Assembly (NCBI GenBank): GCA_903919145.1
Contig: CAIXGW010000016.1
Span: 113,367-177,366 of the forward strand
From: an uncultured Myxococcales bacterium
Lineage (GTDB): Bacteria; Myxococcota_A; UBA9042
DNA: 64,000 nt
Direction of reading: 5' to 3'
The notes under the pieces are model-generated. The model saw nothing but the letters and a program-made list of their open reading frames with translations, ran no database searches and was not told the origin of the DNA. A program made the translations under genes and the position numbers. Positions 1-9,118 of the stretch are shown piece by piece. Each line of letters starts with the position of its first letter. The first letter of the stretch is position 1.

Positions 1-270
1 CGGTTGGCCTGGCCACCCTGCAATTCCACCAGGATCAGCTCAACCTGCGGCAGCGCCAGGCCCAGCGCCAGCGCCACCATCCCGGCGCCCGCCCCAAGGT
101 CCAGCACCTGCGGCGGCGGCAAACCTGGCCTGCGCTGGGCCAGCAGCTGACCGGCAAACCACGCCAGCGCCAGGGAGTCTACCGAGGTCCGGTGACCTTG
201 CCGCGACTGCAGCAGGCGCAAGCGGCCGCGCAGCAGAATGTCTAGCGTTTCGTCAGGATGGGGAGTCGGC
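1..270 (-). CDS. SAM-dependent methyltransferase, partial (N-terminal part; gene continues beyond window start)
   Basis: Reverse-strand translation from ATG near 270 gives MPTPHPDETLDILLRGRLRLLQSRQGHRTSVDSLALAWFAGQLLAQRRPGLPPPQVLDLGAGAGMVALALG...; contains the LDLGAGxG SAM-binding motif of small-domain methyltransferases. Not in the ORF track because it is truncated by the window edge. Confidence 0.55.
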
Positions 271-462
271 ATGGGCTCCGTGGCCGGCAAGACGGCGCAC
301 GCCCGGGAGGTCTAGCCGAGGGCAGGGCGTGGCGAGGGGCGGCCACCGCAACAGCTGGCTGGTCGCACAGGCCTTGCTGGGAGAGTCGCCGAGCTCAGTG
401 CTGCGGTTTCGCGGGCCCGCCCCGCCGGCCAAGCGATCGAGCTGGCTTGGTGGGCAGGGACT

Positions 463-2067
463 TTACTGAGCGACAAAGGTGACCGGGCTGTCCAGGGGCA
501 TCGGCGGCAGGGCGACCAGCGCCGGGCCAGGGCTTGCCACGCCGCGCGGCAAGTACGCTGCTGCGCCGGCCTCCAGGGGCTTGTTCGACTCAGTGTAGAA
601 CAGCCAGCCTGCAACACCGGCCAGGGCCACGCCCAGGCCCAGGCCCACGCCCGACAGCGTGGCTTTGGTCTGCGCGCTGGACTTGTAGTCCTCTAGGATC
701 GTCGCGTACTCGGTCTTGTTGGCCTGGGTATACGCCCCTGCGCATTCTTGAGAAGGATCCGCGCAGTAGTAGGCCTTGACGCTGGAAAGGTCCAGGTAGC
801 TCGACAGGCCCACGCCCATGCCGAGCATGGCCACCGCGCCGCCCGCGGCCACCCAGCCCATGGTCGAACCGTGCCAGGGCTTGGTCGCGCCAGCGGGGGT
901 GGTGGGTTCGGCGACGTTTTTGTCAGCCTTTTCGCCAAGGATGGTGACGATCACCTTGTTGACCGCGCGCTTGCTGATGCCGACCTTGGGTACCTTGACC
1001 TCGCCGGCCGAGCGCACCAGCTTGCCACTGGCCACGTCGACCAGGTACGAGGCCAGCTTGCCGTCGATGACGCCCACGGCGCACACCAGGTTGACGTCCA
1101 GATCCTTGCCAATGGCCACGGCGTCCTGCAGGACCCGGGCTTCGGCGCTCTTGAAGTCGGCGTACTTGAGGCCGACGCGGTCGTCTTCTAGGGCCAGGTG
1201 CGACTCAAAGCCCAGATCGACGCTGACCTTGGCCACTGCGCCGCCGTCTACCTTGACGTTGCGCAGCATCGAGGTCTCTGAGCCAGCCTGCAGGCGCAAG
1301 CCGTAGACGCCCGGGATCAGGTCGGGGACGGAAGCGGGGGTGGCGCCGCGGTCATTGCCGCCAAGGATGATGCGTGCTCCGGTGGGCGTCGATGCCACTT
1401 CGACCGAGCCCTTGGGCATCTTCTCGATCTTCTTGACTTCGGCCTTGAACAGCTCGACGACGTCGGGGCGGTAGTTGTCGTCGGTGACTTTGGCCTTGAA
1501 GCCAAACGTGGTGATGACAATGCGGAAAACCTCGCTGGCGGCGCCCTTGTCTCCGGCGGCTACGTAGGCGGTGGCCAGCTGGGCCAGCACGTCCAAGTAT
1601 TCGTCTCTCAGCTTGGCATCGGCGCCGGGAGCGGCCAGGGCGGCGCGGTACTTGGCTTCGGCTGCGTTCAAGGCCTTGATGGCGCCCTGGAAGTCGGCGT
1701 TGTCGAGCAGATCGACCGCCTTCTTGCGCGAGTCGGTCAAGCCGGCGCGGCGGTCATCGGTCAGCGCCGTCGGCACCTGCACCCGGTCCTTGCGCACCTT
1801 CTCTGCGGTGGTCTTGCCGTCGACCAAGATGATGTCGCCGGGGCTCTCTTCGCGGAAAGCAGAGGTAATTTCAGCAAGGTACTTGCCGGTCAGCGGGTCG
1901 GCTTCCTCGCCCGTGCGCAGCTCGACAATGGCCAAGGTGCGCTCGACGTCGCCGTCCGCCGCCAGAGCCGTCAGAGCCATCGGCTGGGCCATGCCCAACA
2001 GCAGCAGGCAGGCGAGCGATTGCTGCGCCAAGCGCCGCAGGGAAACCTTGGGGGACATCTTGCCCAT
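463..2067 (-). CDS. PEGA domain-containing secreted/membrane-anchored protein
   Basis: 534 aa ORF with N-terminal signal peptide and a central PEGA-like motif (STPTGARIILGGNDRGATPASVPDLIPGVYGLRLQ). C-terminal hydrophobic segment. No closer family call possible. Confidence 0.6.
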   Translation of the reverse strand: MGKMSPKVSLRRLAQQSLACLLLLGMAQPMALTALAADGDVERTLAIVELRTGEEADPLTGKYLAEITSAFREESPGDIILVDGKTTAEKVRKDRVQVPTALTDDRRAGLTDSRKKAVDLLDNADFQGAIKALNAAEAKYRAALAAPGADAKLRDEYLDVLAQLATAYVAAGDKGAASEVFRIVITTFGFKAKVTDDNYRPDVVELFKAEVKKIEKMPKGSVEVASTPTGARIILGGNDRGATPASVPDLIPGVYGLRLQAGSETSMLRNVKVDGGAVAKVSVDLGFESHLALEDDRVGLKYADFKSAEARVLQDAVAIGKDLDVNLVCAVGVIDGKLASYLVDVASGKLVRSAGEVKVPKVGISKRAVNKVIVTILGEKADKNVAEPTTPAGATKPWHGSTMGWVAAGGAVAMLGMGVGLSSYLDLSSVKAYYCADPSQECAGAYTQANKTEYATILEDYKSSAQTKATLSGVGLGLGVALAGVAGWLFYTESNKPLEAGAAAYLPRGVASPGPALVALPPMPLDSPVTFVAQ

Positions 2068-2397
2068 ACCAGCCTCTGGATGTTGTTGCGCATTTTCGCA
2101 ACGGCTTGCGTCGTTCTCTGCCCTGCGGCCCTTTGCTGGAGGGTGGCGCAGGTCCGCGCGGTACCCCGCAACGCGCAGGCGGGCCGAGGTATCGCAACCC
2201 GGCGGATGATAGGCCCATGCAGCGCCGCGGTCAAGGACTGTGTGGTCCCAAGCGGCCGGACTAATTAACTGAAAAAGTTAGCCATTGCCAGCTTGACTGG
2301 CCCCGCCTTGGGTTCGGCTGCGGTCTCAAGGCGTCTCGGCGACCGGCTGCGAGACTGAATTTCGCCCAGAAGCACAATAGAATTAAGCAGAATACGC

Positions 2398-2413
2398 TGG
2401 CACGTACCTTGCA
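2398..2413 (+). promoter_or_regulatory. sigma-54 (RpoN) -24/-12 promoter, TGGCACG-N4-TTGCA
   Basis: Sequence ctgGCACgtaccTTGCAcc matches the canonical TGGCAC-N5-TTGCA with correct GG/GC spacing. It sits ~45 nt upstream of ATG 2457 of the lamin-tail-domain lipoprotein gene, in a divergent intergenic region. Confidence 0.6.
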
Positions 2414-2456
2414 CCCCTGCCCAGGCGTGGGCGGTGGCCAGAGCGTGGAGGCGGCA

Positions 2457-3188
2457 ATGCAGGGATTGAGGGTCAGCAAGGACTGGGCGTGGATCTGGGC
2501 AGCAGCAGTGGCGTGGGCGTGGCTGGCGGGCTGCAGCGCGCCCAGCAGCGGGGCCGAGCGCAGTGGCGCCGCCGATGGGCGGCAGCTGGCCGTCGCGGCT
2601 ATGGAATTGCCCGCGCCAGCTACCGTGGCCGTGCAGGCAACGCGACCCAGGGTTGTCATCAGCGAGCTGCTGACCGATCCGCTGTTGCGCGATGAGGGCG
2701 CGGGCGACTATGTCGAGATCGCCAACCTGGCCACCGTCTCTGTGCGGCTGGCTGATCTGGCGCTGCTGCTGCCTTCAGGCAAGAAGATGGCCATTGAGCG
2801 CCCCCGTCAGCCGTGGCTGCAGCCCGGCGAAGTGGCGGTGGTGCAGGGATCGGAGGCTCCGGGGCGCATTCGGGTCAAGGGGCTGCGCTTGCCCAACGCG
2901 GCAGGCCGTCTGGAGCTGTGGTGGCGCGGTGAGCGGATCGACGTGGCCCAGTGGCAGCGGCGCCGGCCGTGGCCGCGATCCAGGCCGGGGGTGGCGCTGG
3001 AGCGAGTGTCTCCCCAGGTCGACGGCAGCGGGCCGGCCGCGTGGCGGCAGGCCAGCGAGGTCGTCGATCGTCTGGAGCGCGGCTCGCCGGGAGCGGTGGT
3101 GTGGCCCTGCGCGGCGGTCGCCGGAACTGCGATGGCGCGGACGTGCGCCCCCTCTCGGCCTGCGCGCCTGCGCCACTGCCCGCGGTGA
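2457..3188 (+). CDS. lamin tail domain (LTD) lipoprotein
   Basis: ORF track start is TTG 2409, but this overlaps the sigma-54 promoter, so ATG 2457 (MQGLRVSKDWAWIWAAAVAWAWLAGCSAP, lipobox LAGC) is preferred. Core RVVISELLTDPLLRDEGAGDYVEIANLATVSVRLADLAL...LQPGEVAVV matches the LTD pattern (ISEv...geYVEi.N....v.L.gw.L). Confidence 0.6.
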   Translation: MQGLRVSKDWAWIWAAAVAWAWLAGCSAPSSGAERSGAADGRQLAVAAMELPAPATVAVQATRPRVVISELLTDPLLRDEGAGDYVEIANLATVSVRLADLALLLPSGKKMAIERPRQPWLQPGEVAVVQGSEAPGRIRVKGLRLPNAAGRLELWWRGERIDVAQWQRRRPWPRSRPGVALERVSPQVDGSGPAAWRQASEVVDRLERGSPGAVVWPCAAVAGTAMARTCAPSRPARLRHCPR

Positions 3189-3255
3189 CAACGCCCGGCA
3201 GTGCCGCCGAAAAACGCAACAGGCCGACCTCATTGCTGAGACCGGCCTGCTGTTG

Positions 3256-3331
3256 GGTGGCTGGGGGGGGACTTGAACCCTCGACCTAGCGATTATGAGT
3301 CGCTCGCTCTAACCAGCTGAGCTACCCAGCC
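3256..3331 (-). tRNA. tRNA-Met (anticodon CAT; elongator-type, G1-C72 paired; could alternatively be tRNA-Ile2/lysidine)
   Basis: Reverse complement reads GGCTGGGTAGCTCAGCTGGTTAGAGCGAGCGACTCATAATCGCTAGGTCGAGGGTTCAAGTCCCCCCCAGCCACC. This gives a cloverleaf with D-loop AGCTGGTTAGAGC, anticodon loop CTCATAA and T-loop GGTTCAAGTCC. CCA is not encoded. Confidence 0.85.
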
Positions 3332-3383
3332 ACCGGAGCGCAACCAGCAGACGACGCGAAGTCGCAGCTGGAATGCGATCGAT

Positions 3384-3809
3384 TTAACGCTTGCTGAACT
3401 GGAAGCGCGCGCGGGCGGCAGAGCGGCCGTACTTCTTGCGCTCCTTGGCGCGTGGATCGCGGGTCAGCAGGCCAGCGGCCTTGAGCGCGGGGCGCAGTTC
3501 GGGAGAGAACACCGTCAGGGCGCGCGAGATGCCGTGGCGAATCGCACCGGCCTGGCCAGCCAGACCGCCGCCAGCGACGGAGATCTTGACGTCGAACTGA
3601 CCCATCTGCTCGATCACGCCAAAGGGCTCGTTGACAACCATTTCCAGGGTCGGGCGGCGCAGGTACTCGGCCAGCTCGCGGTTGTTGACCGTGATGGTGC
3701 CGGTGCCTTGAGAAATGTACACGCGCGCAGTGGCCTCCTTGCGGCGGCCAGTGGCGTACCAGCGCTTGCTGGCGGCGGAGGAGTCAGAGACGCGACGAGT
3801 GGTTGCCAT
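3384..3809 (-). CDS. rpsI: 30S ribosomal protein S9
   Basis: 141 aa; ...[31 protein letters not shown]...[19 protein letters not shown]...[24 protein letters not shown] is unmistakably uS9. Confidence 0.97.
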   Translation of the reverse strand: MATTRRVSDSSAASKRWYATGRRKEATARVYISQGTGTITVNNRELAEYLRRPTLEMVVNEPFGVIEQMGQFDVKISVAGGGLAGQAGAIRHGISRALTVFSPELRPALKAAGLLTRDPRAKERKKYGRSAARARFQFSKR

Positions 3810-3889
3810 GTTCTACCTTGAAGTGCGCTGCGAGCGGGTCCGCTGGCGCGATACGAGCAATGTGCTGCGAAAGAAACGCCTGGTTACGG

Positions 3890-4330
3890 CTACAGCGAGC
3901 GGGCGATCGGGTTCTGGGCCGAGTGCGGGTGAACCGCGCCGGCGTAAACCTTCAGCTTGGTGATCAGGCGGCGACCGAGCGCGCCCTTGGGCAACATGCC
4001 CCACACAGCCAAGCGGATCGCCTGCTCAGACTTGCGGCCCAAGAAGATGCGCGCGGGCTCGCTCTTGATGCCGCCGGCAAAACCGGTGTGGCGGTGGTAC
4101 ATCTTGTTCTGCATCTTGTTGCCGGTCAACTTGACCTGCGACGCGTTCAAGACCACCACAAAGTCGCCGCAGTCGGCGTTGGGGGTGAACGACGGCTTGT
4201 CTTTGCCGCGCAGGATGTTGGCGAGCTGGACCGCAGCGCGGCCAAGAACAACATCCTTGAGATCGACCACGTACCACTGGTGCGGCACATCTTGCTTGCG
4301 GACACTGGTGGTCTGCGGGCTGAGGCTCAT
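3890..4330 (-). CDS. rplM: 50S ribosomal protein L13
   Basis: 146 aa; WYVVDLKDVVLGRAAVQLANILRGKDKPSFTPNADCGDFVVVLNASQVKLTGNKMQNKMYHRHTGFAGGIK matches uL13. Forms the conserved rplM-rpsI pair. Confidence 0.97.
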   Translation of the reverse strand: MSLSPQTTSVRKQDVPHQWYVVDLKDVVLGRAAVQLANILRGKDKPSFTPNADCGDFVVVLNASQVKLTGNKMQNKMYHRHTGFAGGIKSEPARIFLGRKSEQAIRLAVWGMLPKGALGRRLITKLKVYAGAVHPHSAQNPIARSL

Positions 4331-4530
4331 GACGGTTCCTTCTGATTCGGGCGCTCTGTTCGGCGCGGCTCACGGGGCCAACTTGACGATGCAAGTGGCG
4401 AGGTCAGTGGGCGCAACTTCTGAAGCAGATCCACGCGGTTCTGCTTGGGGCTGTCGCGCTTGGCCCGGGTCGGCTTGGTGCTGACCCGGCTTGCCTTCGC
4501 AGGCCAGGTTGGTGGCTCGCGAGGGGCGGA

Positions 4531-4559
4531 ATTCTAAAGGCACCGGGGGGGCCTGTCAA
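4531..4559 (-). promoter_or_regulatory. sigma-70-like promoter (TTGACA-N17-TAGAAT) for the rplM-rpsI operon
   Basis: On the minus strand: cTTGACAggcccccccggtgccttTAGAATtcc, ~200 nt upstream of the rplM start codon. Confidence 0.45.
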
Positions 4560-4602
4560 GCGCAAACCGCGCCGACCCCCACCCCCCAGCGCCCGCGGGC
4601 CT

Positions 4603-5766
4603 CTAGAGGCCGGCTTCGGCGCGCAGATCAGCCACGCGATCGGTGCGCTCCCAGGTGAAGCCGGTCTCGCTGCGACCAAAGTGGCCACCTGCGGCGGTGG
4701 CGGTATAGATCGGCCGCAGCAGGTCCAGCTGTTCGATGATCCGCGCTGGGCGGAAGTCGAAGGTGGCCAAGACCGCTTTTTCGATCAGCTCAGGGCTGAC
4801 ATGGTTGGAGCGGTAGCAGTCTACCTTGACGCTTGTGGGGCGGGCCACGCCAATGGCGTAGGACACCTGGACTTCGCACTCGTCGGCGAGGCCGGCGGCG
4901 ACGATGTTCTTGGCCACGTAGCGCGCGTAGTACGCCGCCGAGCGATCGACCTTGGACGGATCCTTGCCAGAGAAGGCACCGCCGCCGTGGCGACCCCAGC
5001 CGCCGTAGGTGTCAACGATGATCTTGCGGCCGGTCAGGCCGGCGTCGCCGTGGGGGCCGCCGATGACAAACTTGCCGGTGGGATTGACGTGAAACTTGGT
5101 GGACGGGGTGATCAGGTGCTTGGGCAGCACCGGCATGATGATGTGCTCTAGCACCTGGGCGCGCAGCTCGTCATAGCTGATGGTGTCGCGGTGCATGGTC
5201 GACAGCACTACGGCATCGATCGCCACGGGCTTGTTGCCGGAGTAGCGGATCGAGACCTGCGACTTGGCATCTGGGCGCAGCCACGGCAAGGCGCGGCTGT
5301 GCAGCAACTTTTCCTGACGACGGGTCAGCTTGTGAGACAAGACGATCGGCAGCGGCATCAGCTCTTCGGTCTGGTTGCAGGCAAAACCGAACATCAGGCC
5401 TTGATCGCCAGCGCCCTGTTCGGGGTCAAGGCCGGCGCCCAGATCCACGCCCTGGGCGATGTCGGCGGACTGCTTGCCGATGGACACCAAGACGCCGCAG
5501 GACTCGGACTCAAAGCGATCGGCGGGATCGTCATAGCCGATGCGGCGGATGGTTTCGCGGGCCACGCTGCGGTAGTCGACGTTGGCGTGGGTCGTGATCT
5601 CGCCGGCCAGGACCACAAGGCCCGTGGTCACCAGGGTCTCGCAAGCAACGCGGGCGCGCGGGTCTTGCGTGAGGATGGCATCGAGGACGGCGTCGGAGAT
5701 CTGGTCGGACACCTTGTCTGGGTGGCCCGCAGAGACTGATTCGCTGGTGAAGGTGAAGTCGCTCAT
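4603..5766 (-). CDS. metK: S-adenosylmethionine synthetase
   Basis: 387 aa; [32 protein letters not shown]...[34 protein letters not shown] is the canonical MetK signature. Confidence 0.97.
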   Translation of the reverse strand: MSDFTFTSESVSAGHPDKVSDQISDAVLDAILTQDPRARVACETLVTTGLVVLAGEITTHANVDYRSVARETIRRIGYDDPADRFESESCGVLVSIGKQSADIAQGVDLGAGLDPEQGAGDQGLMFGFACNQTEELMPLPIVLSHKLTRRQEKLLHSRALPWLRPDAKSQVSIRYSGNKPVAIDAVVLSTMHRDTISYDELRAQVLEHIIMPVLPKHLITPSTKFHVNPTGKFVIGGPHGDAGLTGRKIIVDTYGGWGRHGGGAFSGKDPSKVDRSAAYYARYVAKNIVAAGLADECEVQVSYAIGVARPTSVKVDCYRSNHVSPELIEKAVLATFDFRPARIIEQLDLLRPIYTATAAGGHFGRSETGFTWERTDRVADLRAEAGL

Positions 5767-5986
5767 GTGCTGTCGTTCCTAGGTGTAGCCCCAGCGCCGG
5801 GGGCGGGAAGAATTGTCTCCCGCGGCGCCGCTGTCAAGATGCCCGGCGCTGCCACTGCAGCGTCGGCCGGCGATCAGGGCTCGCCGCGTCGCCGGGCTAG
5901 AGGGCCGTGCCCGCGGCCTCTTTTTGCAGTGGCATGTCGGCGGCGCGATCGGCTAAACTTGAAGGTTTTGCCACGCCGGAGCCGGT

Positions 5987-8254
5987 GTGACGCACAGAGG
6001 CAACGTGGGCAAGCACATAGGCAGCGCAGACGCAGGTGGACCGGGCTGCCAGACCGTTGCAGCCGGCCGGCGCGGTCGCGGTCCTATTTTTCCGGGCTTG
6101 GCGATCGGGCTGTTGGCGCTGCTGTACAGCTGCGGTGGCAACTATGCCCTTGATTACTATGCTGTGGGCTACGACGCGGCGGGAGACATTGCGGCGCCGA
6201 AATTCGGTGCGGACGCGGTGACCAAAGCGGATGCTGCTGGCAAGGCCGATGCGAGTACGGCCGATGCCGGCACAGAGCCAGACGGGTCAGCTGAAGATGA
6301 AGAGGGCGAGGCGGCCAACCCAGACGGGGTAGGTGCGGCGGATGGCCTGACAGCGGGCCAAGACGGTGCGGCCGGCGGCGGCTGCGGCACCGCCAAAGCC
6401 TGCAGCGAAGACGCCGAGTGCCCATCGCTGCAATGTAGCGTCTCATCGTGCAAATCCGGCTGCTGCGCCAGCACGGCGGCGGCCGCTGGCTCGCCCTGCG
6501 AGGACGGCGACGCCTGCACCACGGGCGACAGCTGCGGCGCCAAAGGCTGCGCCGGCAAGCCGAAAACCTGCGACGACGGCAAAGACTGCACGTCGGACAG
6601 CTGCGACCCGGCAAGCGGAACCTGCGCCTCTGCCCTGGCCCCCGGCTGGTGCCAGATCAACGGCAATTGCCTGGCCGATGGCCAAGCGAGCCTGGCCAGT
6701 GCCTGCAAGGTCTGCGATTCAGCCAAGTCCACTGGGAGCTGGAGTCTTGCCGCCAGCTGCTGCGCCAAAGACGCCGATTGCCCCAAGGGCGGCGCCTGCG
6801 ACGTACCGACCTGCGATCTGGCGACCAACCTCTGCGGATTTCAGCAGGCCGTGGGCTGCTGCGTCGCCGATCAGGACTGCAGCGACGGCAATGCCTGCAC
6901 GATCGACAGCTGCGACGCCGCCAGCGGCACCTGCGCCTACAAGGTCGCCGAGTGCCAAGACCCCAGCCCCTGCCAGACCGCGATCTGCGACGGCAAGAGC
7001 GGCGAGTGCAAGGCCTCTACCAAGGCGGGATGGTGTTTGATTAACGGAACTTGCCAGTCACAGGGAGCCCAGAACGCCGCCAACGGCTGCCAAGTGTGCG
7101 ACTCGCTGGCCAGCCAAGACCAGTGGACCGTGGCCAACGGAATCGGCTGCAATGACGGCAACCCTTGCACATTCAACGACACGTGCGGGCCGGGCGCCAA
7201 GTGCGCTGGCACCATCCAGCAGGGCTGCTGCCTGAGCGATGCCGACTGCGCGCCTTCGGGCAATCCCTGCACGCTCAACAGCTGCGACGCCGCTCTGGGT
7301 CTGTGCATGCCCAAGGCCAAACCCGGCTGCTGCACCACCGGCACCTGCTGCGACGCGGCGACCAAGACGATCAAGCCCGCCAAGACGGTGTGCGGCAGCT
7401 TGCCAGTGTCCACGCAGTACCAGTGCAGCGGCCAGGACGTGCAGCAGCGCGACATCACGGCCGGCTGCAATGGCACCAGCGGCGACGGCTGCTCGACTGC
7501 CGCTGGCGACTTGGTGACGTCGGTCTGGAAGACCGTCCAGAGCTGCGCCTCGGGAACCGTGTGCACAGCCAGTGGTTCTTCGGTCAAGCCGACTTGCAAG
7601 AGCACCGTGCCGGCCGGCTCATGCGCCAACTCCTGCGGCGGCAAGTCGAGCAATGGCGTGTGCTTCTGCGACAGCGTCTGCACGTCAGCGGGCGATTGCT
7701 GCGCCGACTTCAAGGCCACCTGCAGCTGCAGCAGCGGCACCTGCTGCGACACGGCTGCCGGCCTGTTCAAGGCCAAGGGCAGCGCCTGCCCAGGCGTCAA
7801 GTCGCAGTACCAGTGCGTTGGCAAAGAGCTGCAGAAGCGGACCGACAGCGGCAGCTGCGACGGCAAGGGCGTCTGCGGATCCACTGCAACGCCGGCGTGG
7901 GGGGCATGGGTCAAGTCCAAAACCTGTACTTCTACGCAGAACTGCGCCGCCTTGGTCGACTTGAGCGCGGGCGACTGCTACGCCATCCCCCCTGGCAGCT
8001 GCATCGGGGCGTGCGGCACGCTGGGCCAAAGCGAGTGCTATTGCGATGCTATGTGCACCCAACTTGGCGATTGTTGCGGCGATTATGTCAAGGCGGGCTG
8101 CGTAGGCTTGACGGCTTGCGGCGGCAGCGCTCCCAACAGCTGCAAGGGCATCTGCGGCAAGCAGTCTAGCGGCAGCTCGCTGTGCTGGTGCGACACCGGC
8201 TGCGAGACCTTTGGCGATTGCTGCGCAGACAAGGCCCTGTGCGCCTGCCAATGA
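5987..8254 (+). CDS. giant cysteine-rich repeat lipoprotein (Myxococcus-type disulfide repeats, CDDGNPCTxDxCDxxxGxC) with three C-terminal somatomedin-B-like domains
   Basis: 755 aa. N-terminal lipoprotein-like signal (LLALLYSCGG), then an acidic low-complexity linker. Followed by >10 repeats of the type C.DG..CT.DSCD...G.C. The C-terminus has 3 modules with exact SMB cysteine spacing, e.g. CANSCGGKSSNGVCFCDSVCTSAGDCCADFKATC. Confidence 0.8.
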   Translation: MTHRGNVGKHIGSADAGGPGCQTVAAGRRGRGPIFPGLAIGLLALLYSCGGNYALDYYAVGYDAAGDIAAPKFGADAVTKADAAGKADASTADAGTEPDGSAEDEEGEAANPDGVGAADGLTAGQDGAAGGGCGTAKACSEDAECPSLQCSVSSCKSGCCASTAAAAGSPCEDGDACTTGDSCGAKGCAGKPKTCDDGKDCTSDSCDPASGTCASALAPGWCQINGNCLADGQASLASACKVCDSAKSTGSWSLAASCCAKDADCPKGGACDVPTCDLATNLCGFQQAVGCCVADQDCSDGNACTIDSCDAASGTCAYKVAECQDPSPCQTAICDGKSGECKASTKAGWCLINGTCQSQGAQNAANGCQVCDSLASQDQWTVANGIGCNDGNPCTFNDTCGPGAKCAGTIQQGCCLSDADCAPSGNPCTLNSCDAALGLCMPKAKPGCCTTGTCCDAATKTIKPAKTVCGSLPVSTQYQCSGQDVQQRDITAGCNGTSGDGCSTAAGDLVTSVWKTVQSCASGTVCTASGSSVKPTCKSTVPAGSCANSCGGKSSNGVCFCDSVCTSAGDCCADFKATCSCSSGTCCDTAAGLFKAKGSACPGVKSQYQCVGKELQKRTDSGSCDGKGVCGSTATPAWGAWVKSKTCTSTQNCAALVDLSAGDCYAIPPGSCIGACGTLGQSECYCDAMCTQLGDCCGDYVKAGCVGLTACGGSAPNSCKGICGKQSSGSSLCWCDTGCETFGDCCADKALCACQ

Positions 8255-8302
8255 GCGGAATCTGCACGCGGACCGCCGTCCAAGCGGCTGGAACAGGGCG
8301 CC

Positions 8303-9085
8303 GTGTACGATAGCCACGCCCACCTGGACGATCCTGCCACAGCCGTTGCGCAGATGCTGGCACTGCTTGGGCGGCTACCCGATTGGCAGGGCGCGCTGAC
8401 CGCGGGCTACGGGCCAGAGCGCTTTGTCGCCAGCCGGCAGTTGTGCGCAGCGGACCCGCGGATCGTGCGATCCCTGGGGCTGCACCCGTGGTGGCTGGCC
8501 GAGCATCCAGCCGCCCACAGAGAGCTTGGTTGGCTGAAATTGCTTGAGGAACTGCAAAGTTGGCCGGCGGTGGCCCTGGGCGAGATCGGTCTGGACAAGG
8601 GGCTGCGCGAGCGCCTGGACCTGGACCAGCAGGCCCATTGGTTTGAGCGCGGGCTGCGGCTGGCCCAGCAGCAGCGGCTGCCGGTCGTGCTGCACATTGT
8701 GGGTTGGTACGGGCGGGCCCTGGAGATTTTGCGACAGGTCGCGCCGCAGTGGCGCGGGGTGGTGCACCGCTGGTCGGGACCGCCGGAGCTGGTCCAGCCG
8801 TATGCCGACCTTGGCCTGCACATTTCGCTGGCGCTGGAGCCGCGGCCCAACCAGGTCAAGCGCGCGGTGATCGCCCAGGTGGTGCCGCTGGAGCGCCTGC
8901 TGGTAGAGACGGACTGGCCATTTCTGGACCTGAGCTACTCCCAGGCGCTGGCTGCGGCGCAGCAATTGTTGAGCCAGGTGGCCGACTGGCGCGGTCAGGA
9001 CTTGGCATTGCTGCAAGAGGCGGTATACAGCAACGCCCGCGCCCTCTATCTGGGCGGACCGCAGCCGCCCGCCGATCAGCGGTGA
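8303..9085 (+). CDS. TatD-family metal-dependent hydrolase/DNase
   Basis: 260 aa starting MYDSHAHLDDP (TatD N-terminal HxH motif), with LGEIGLD and conserved His/Asp positions downstream. Confidence 0.75.
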   Translation: MYDSHAHLDDPATAVAQMLALLGRLPDWQGALTAGYGPERFVASRQLCAADPRIVRSLGLHPWWLAEHPAAHRELGWLKLLEELQSWPAVALGEIGLDKGLRERLDLDQQAHWFERGLRLAQQQRLPVVLHIVGWYGRALEILRQVAPQWRGVVHRWSGPPELVQPYADLGLHISLALEPRPNQVKRAVIAQVVPLERLLVETDWPFLDLSYSQALAAAQQLLSQVADWRGQDLALLQEAVYSNARALYLGGPQPPADQR

Positions 9086-9118
9086 CAGCGCCAGCGCGAA
9101 TTCGCATGGAGAACCAAA

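Noticed and set aside
5767-5986. Possible SAM riboswitch in the metK 5' leader
   Set aside because: No recognisable SAM-I/II/IV conserved core found by eye. Only a weak TTGACA-like -35. It cannot be supported without a covariance-model search.
6169-8169. Several 200-330-aa ORFs overlapping the 5987-8254 gene (6169-6828-, 6366-7040+, 6937-7920-, 7165-8169+)
   Set aside because: Alternate-frame or antisense readings of the Cys-codon-rich repeat DNA (Arg/Pro/Ala/Gln-rich). The frame containing regularly spaced Cys is the real one.
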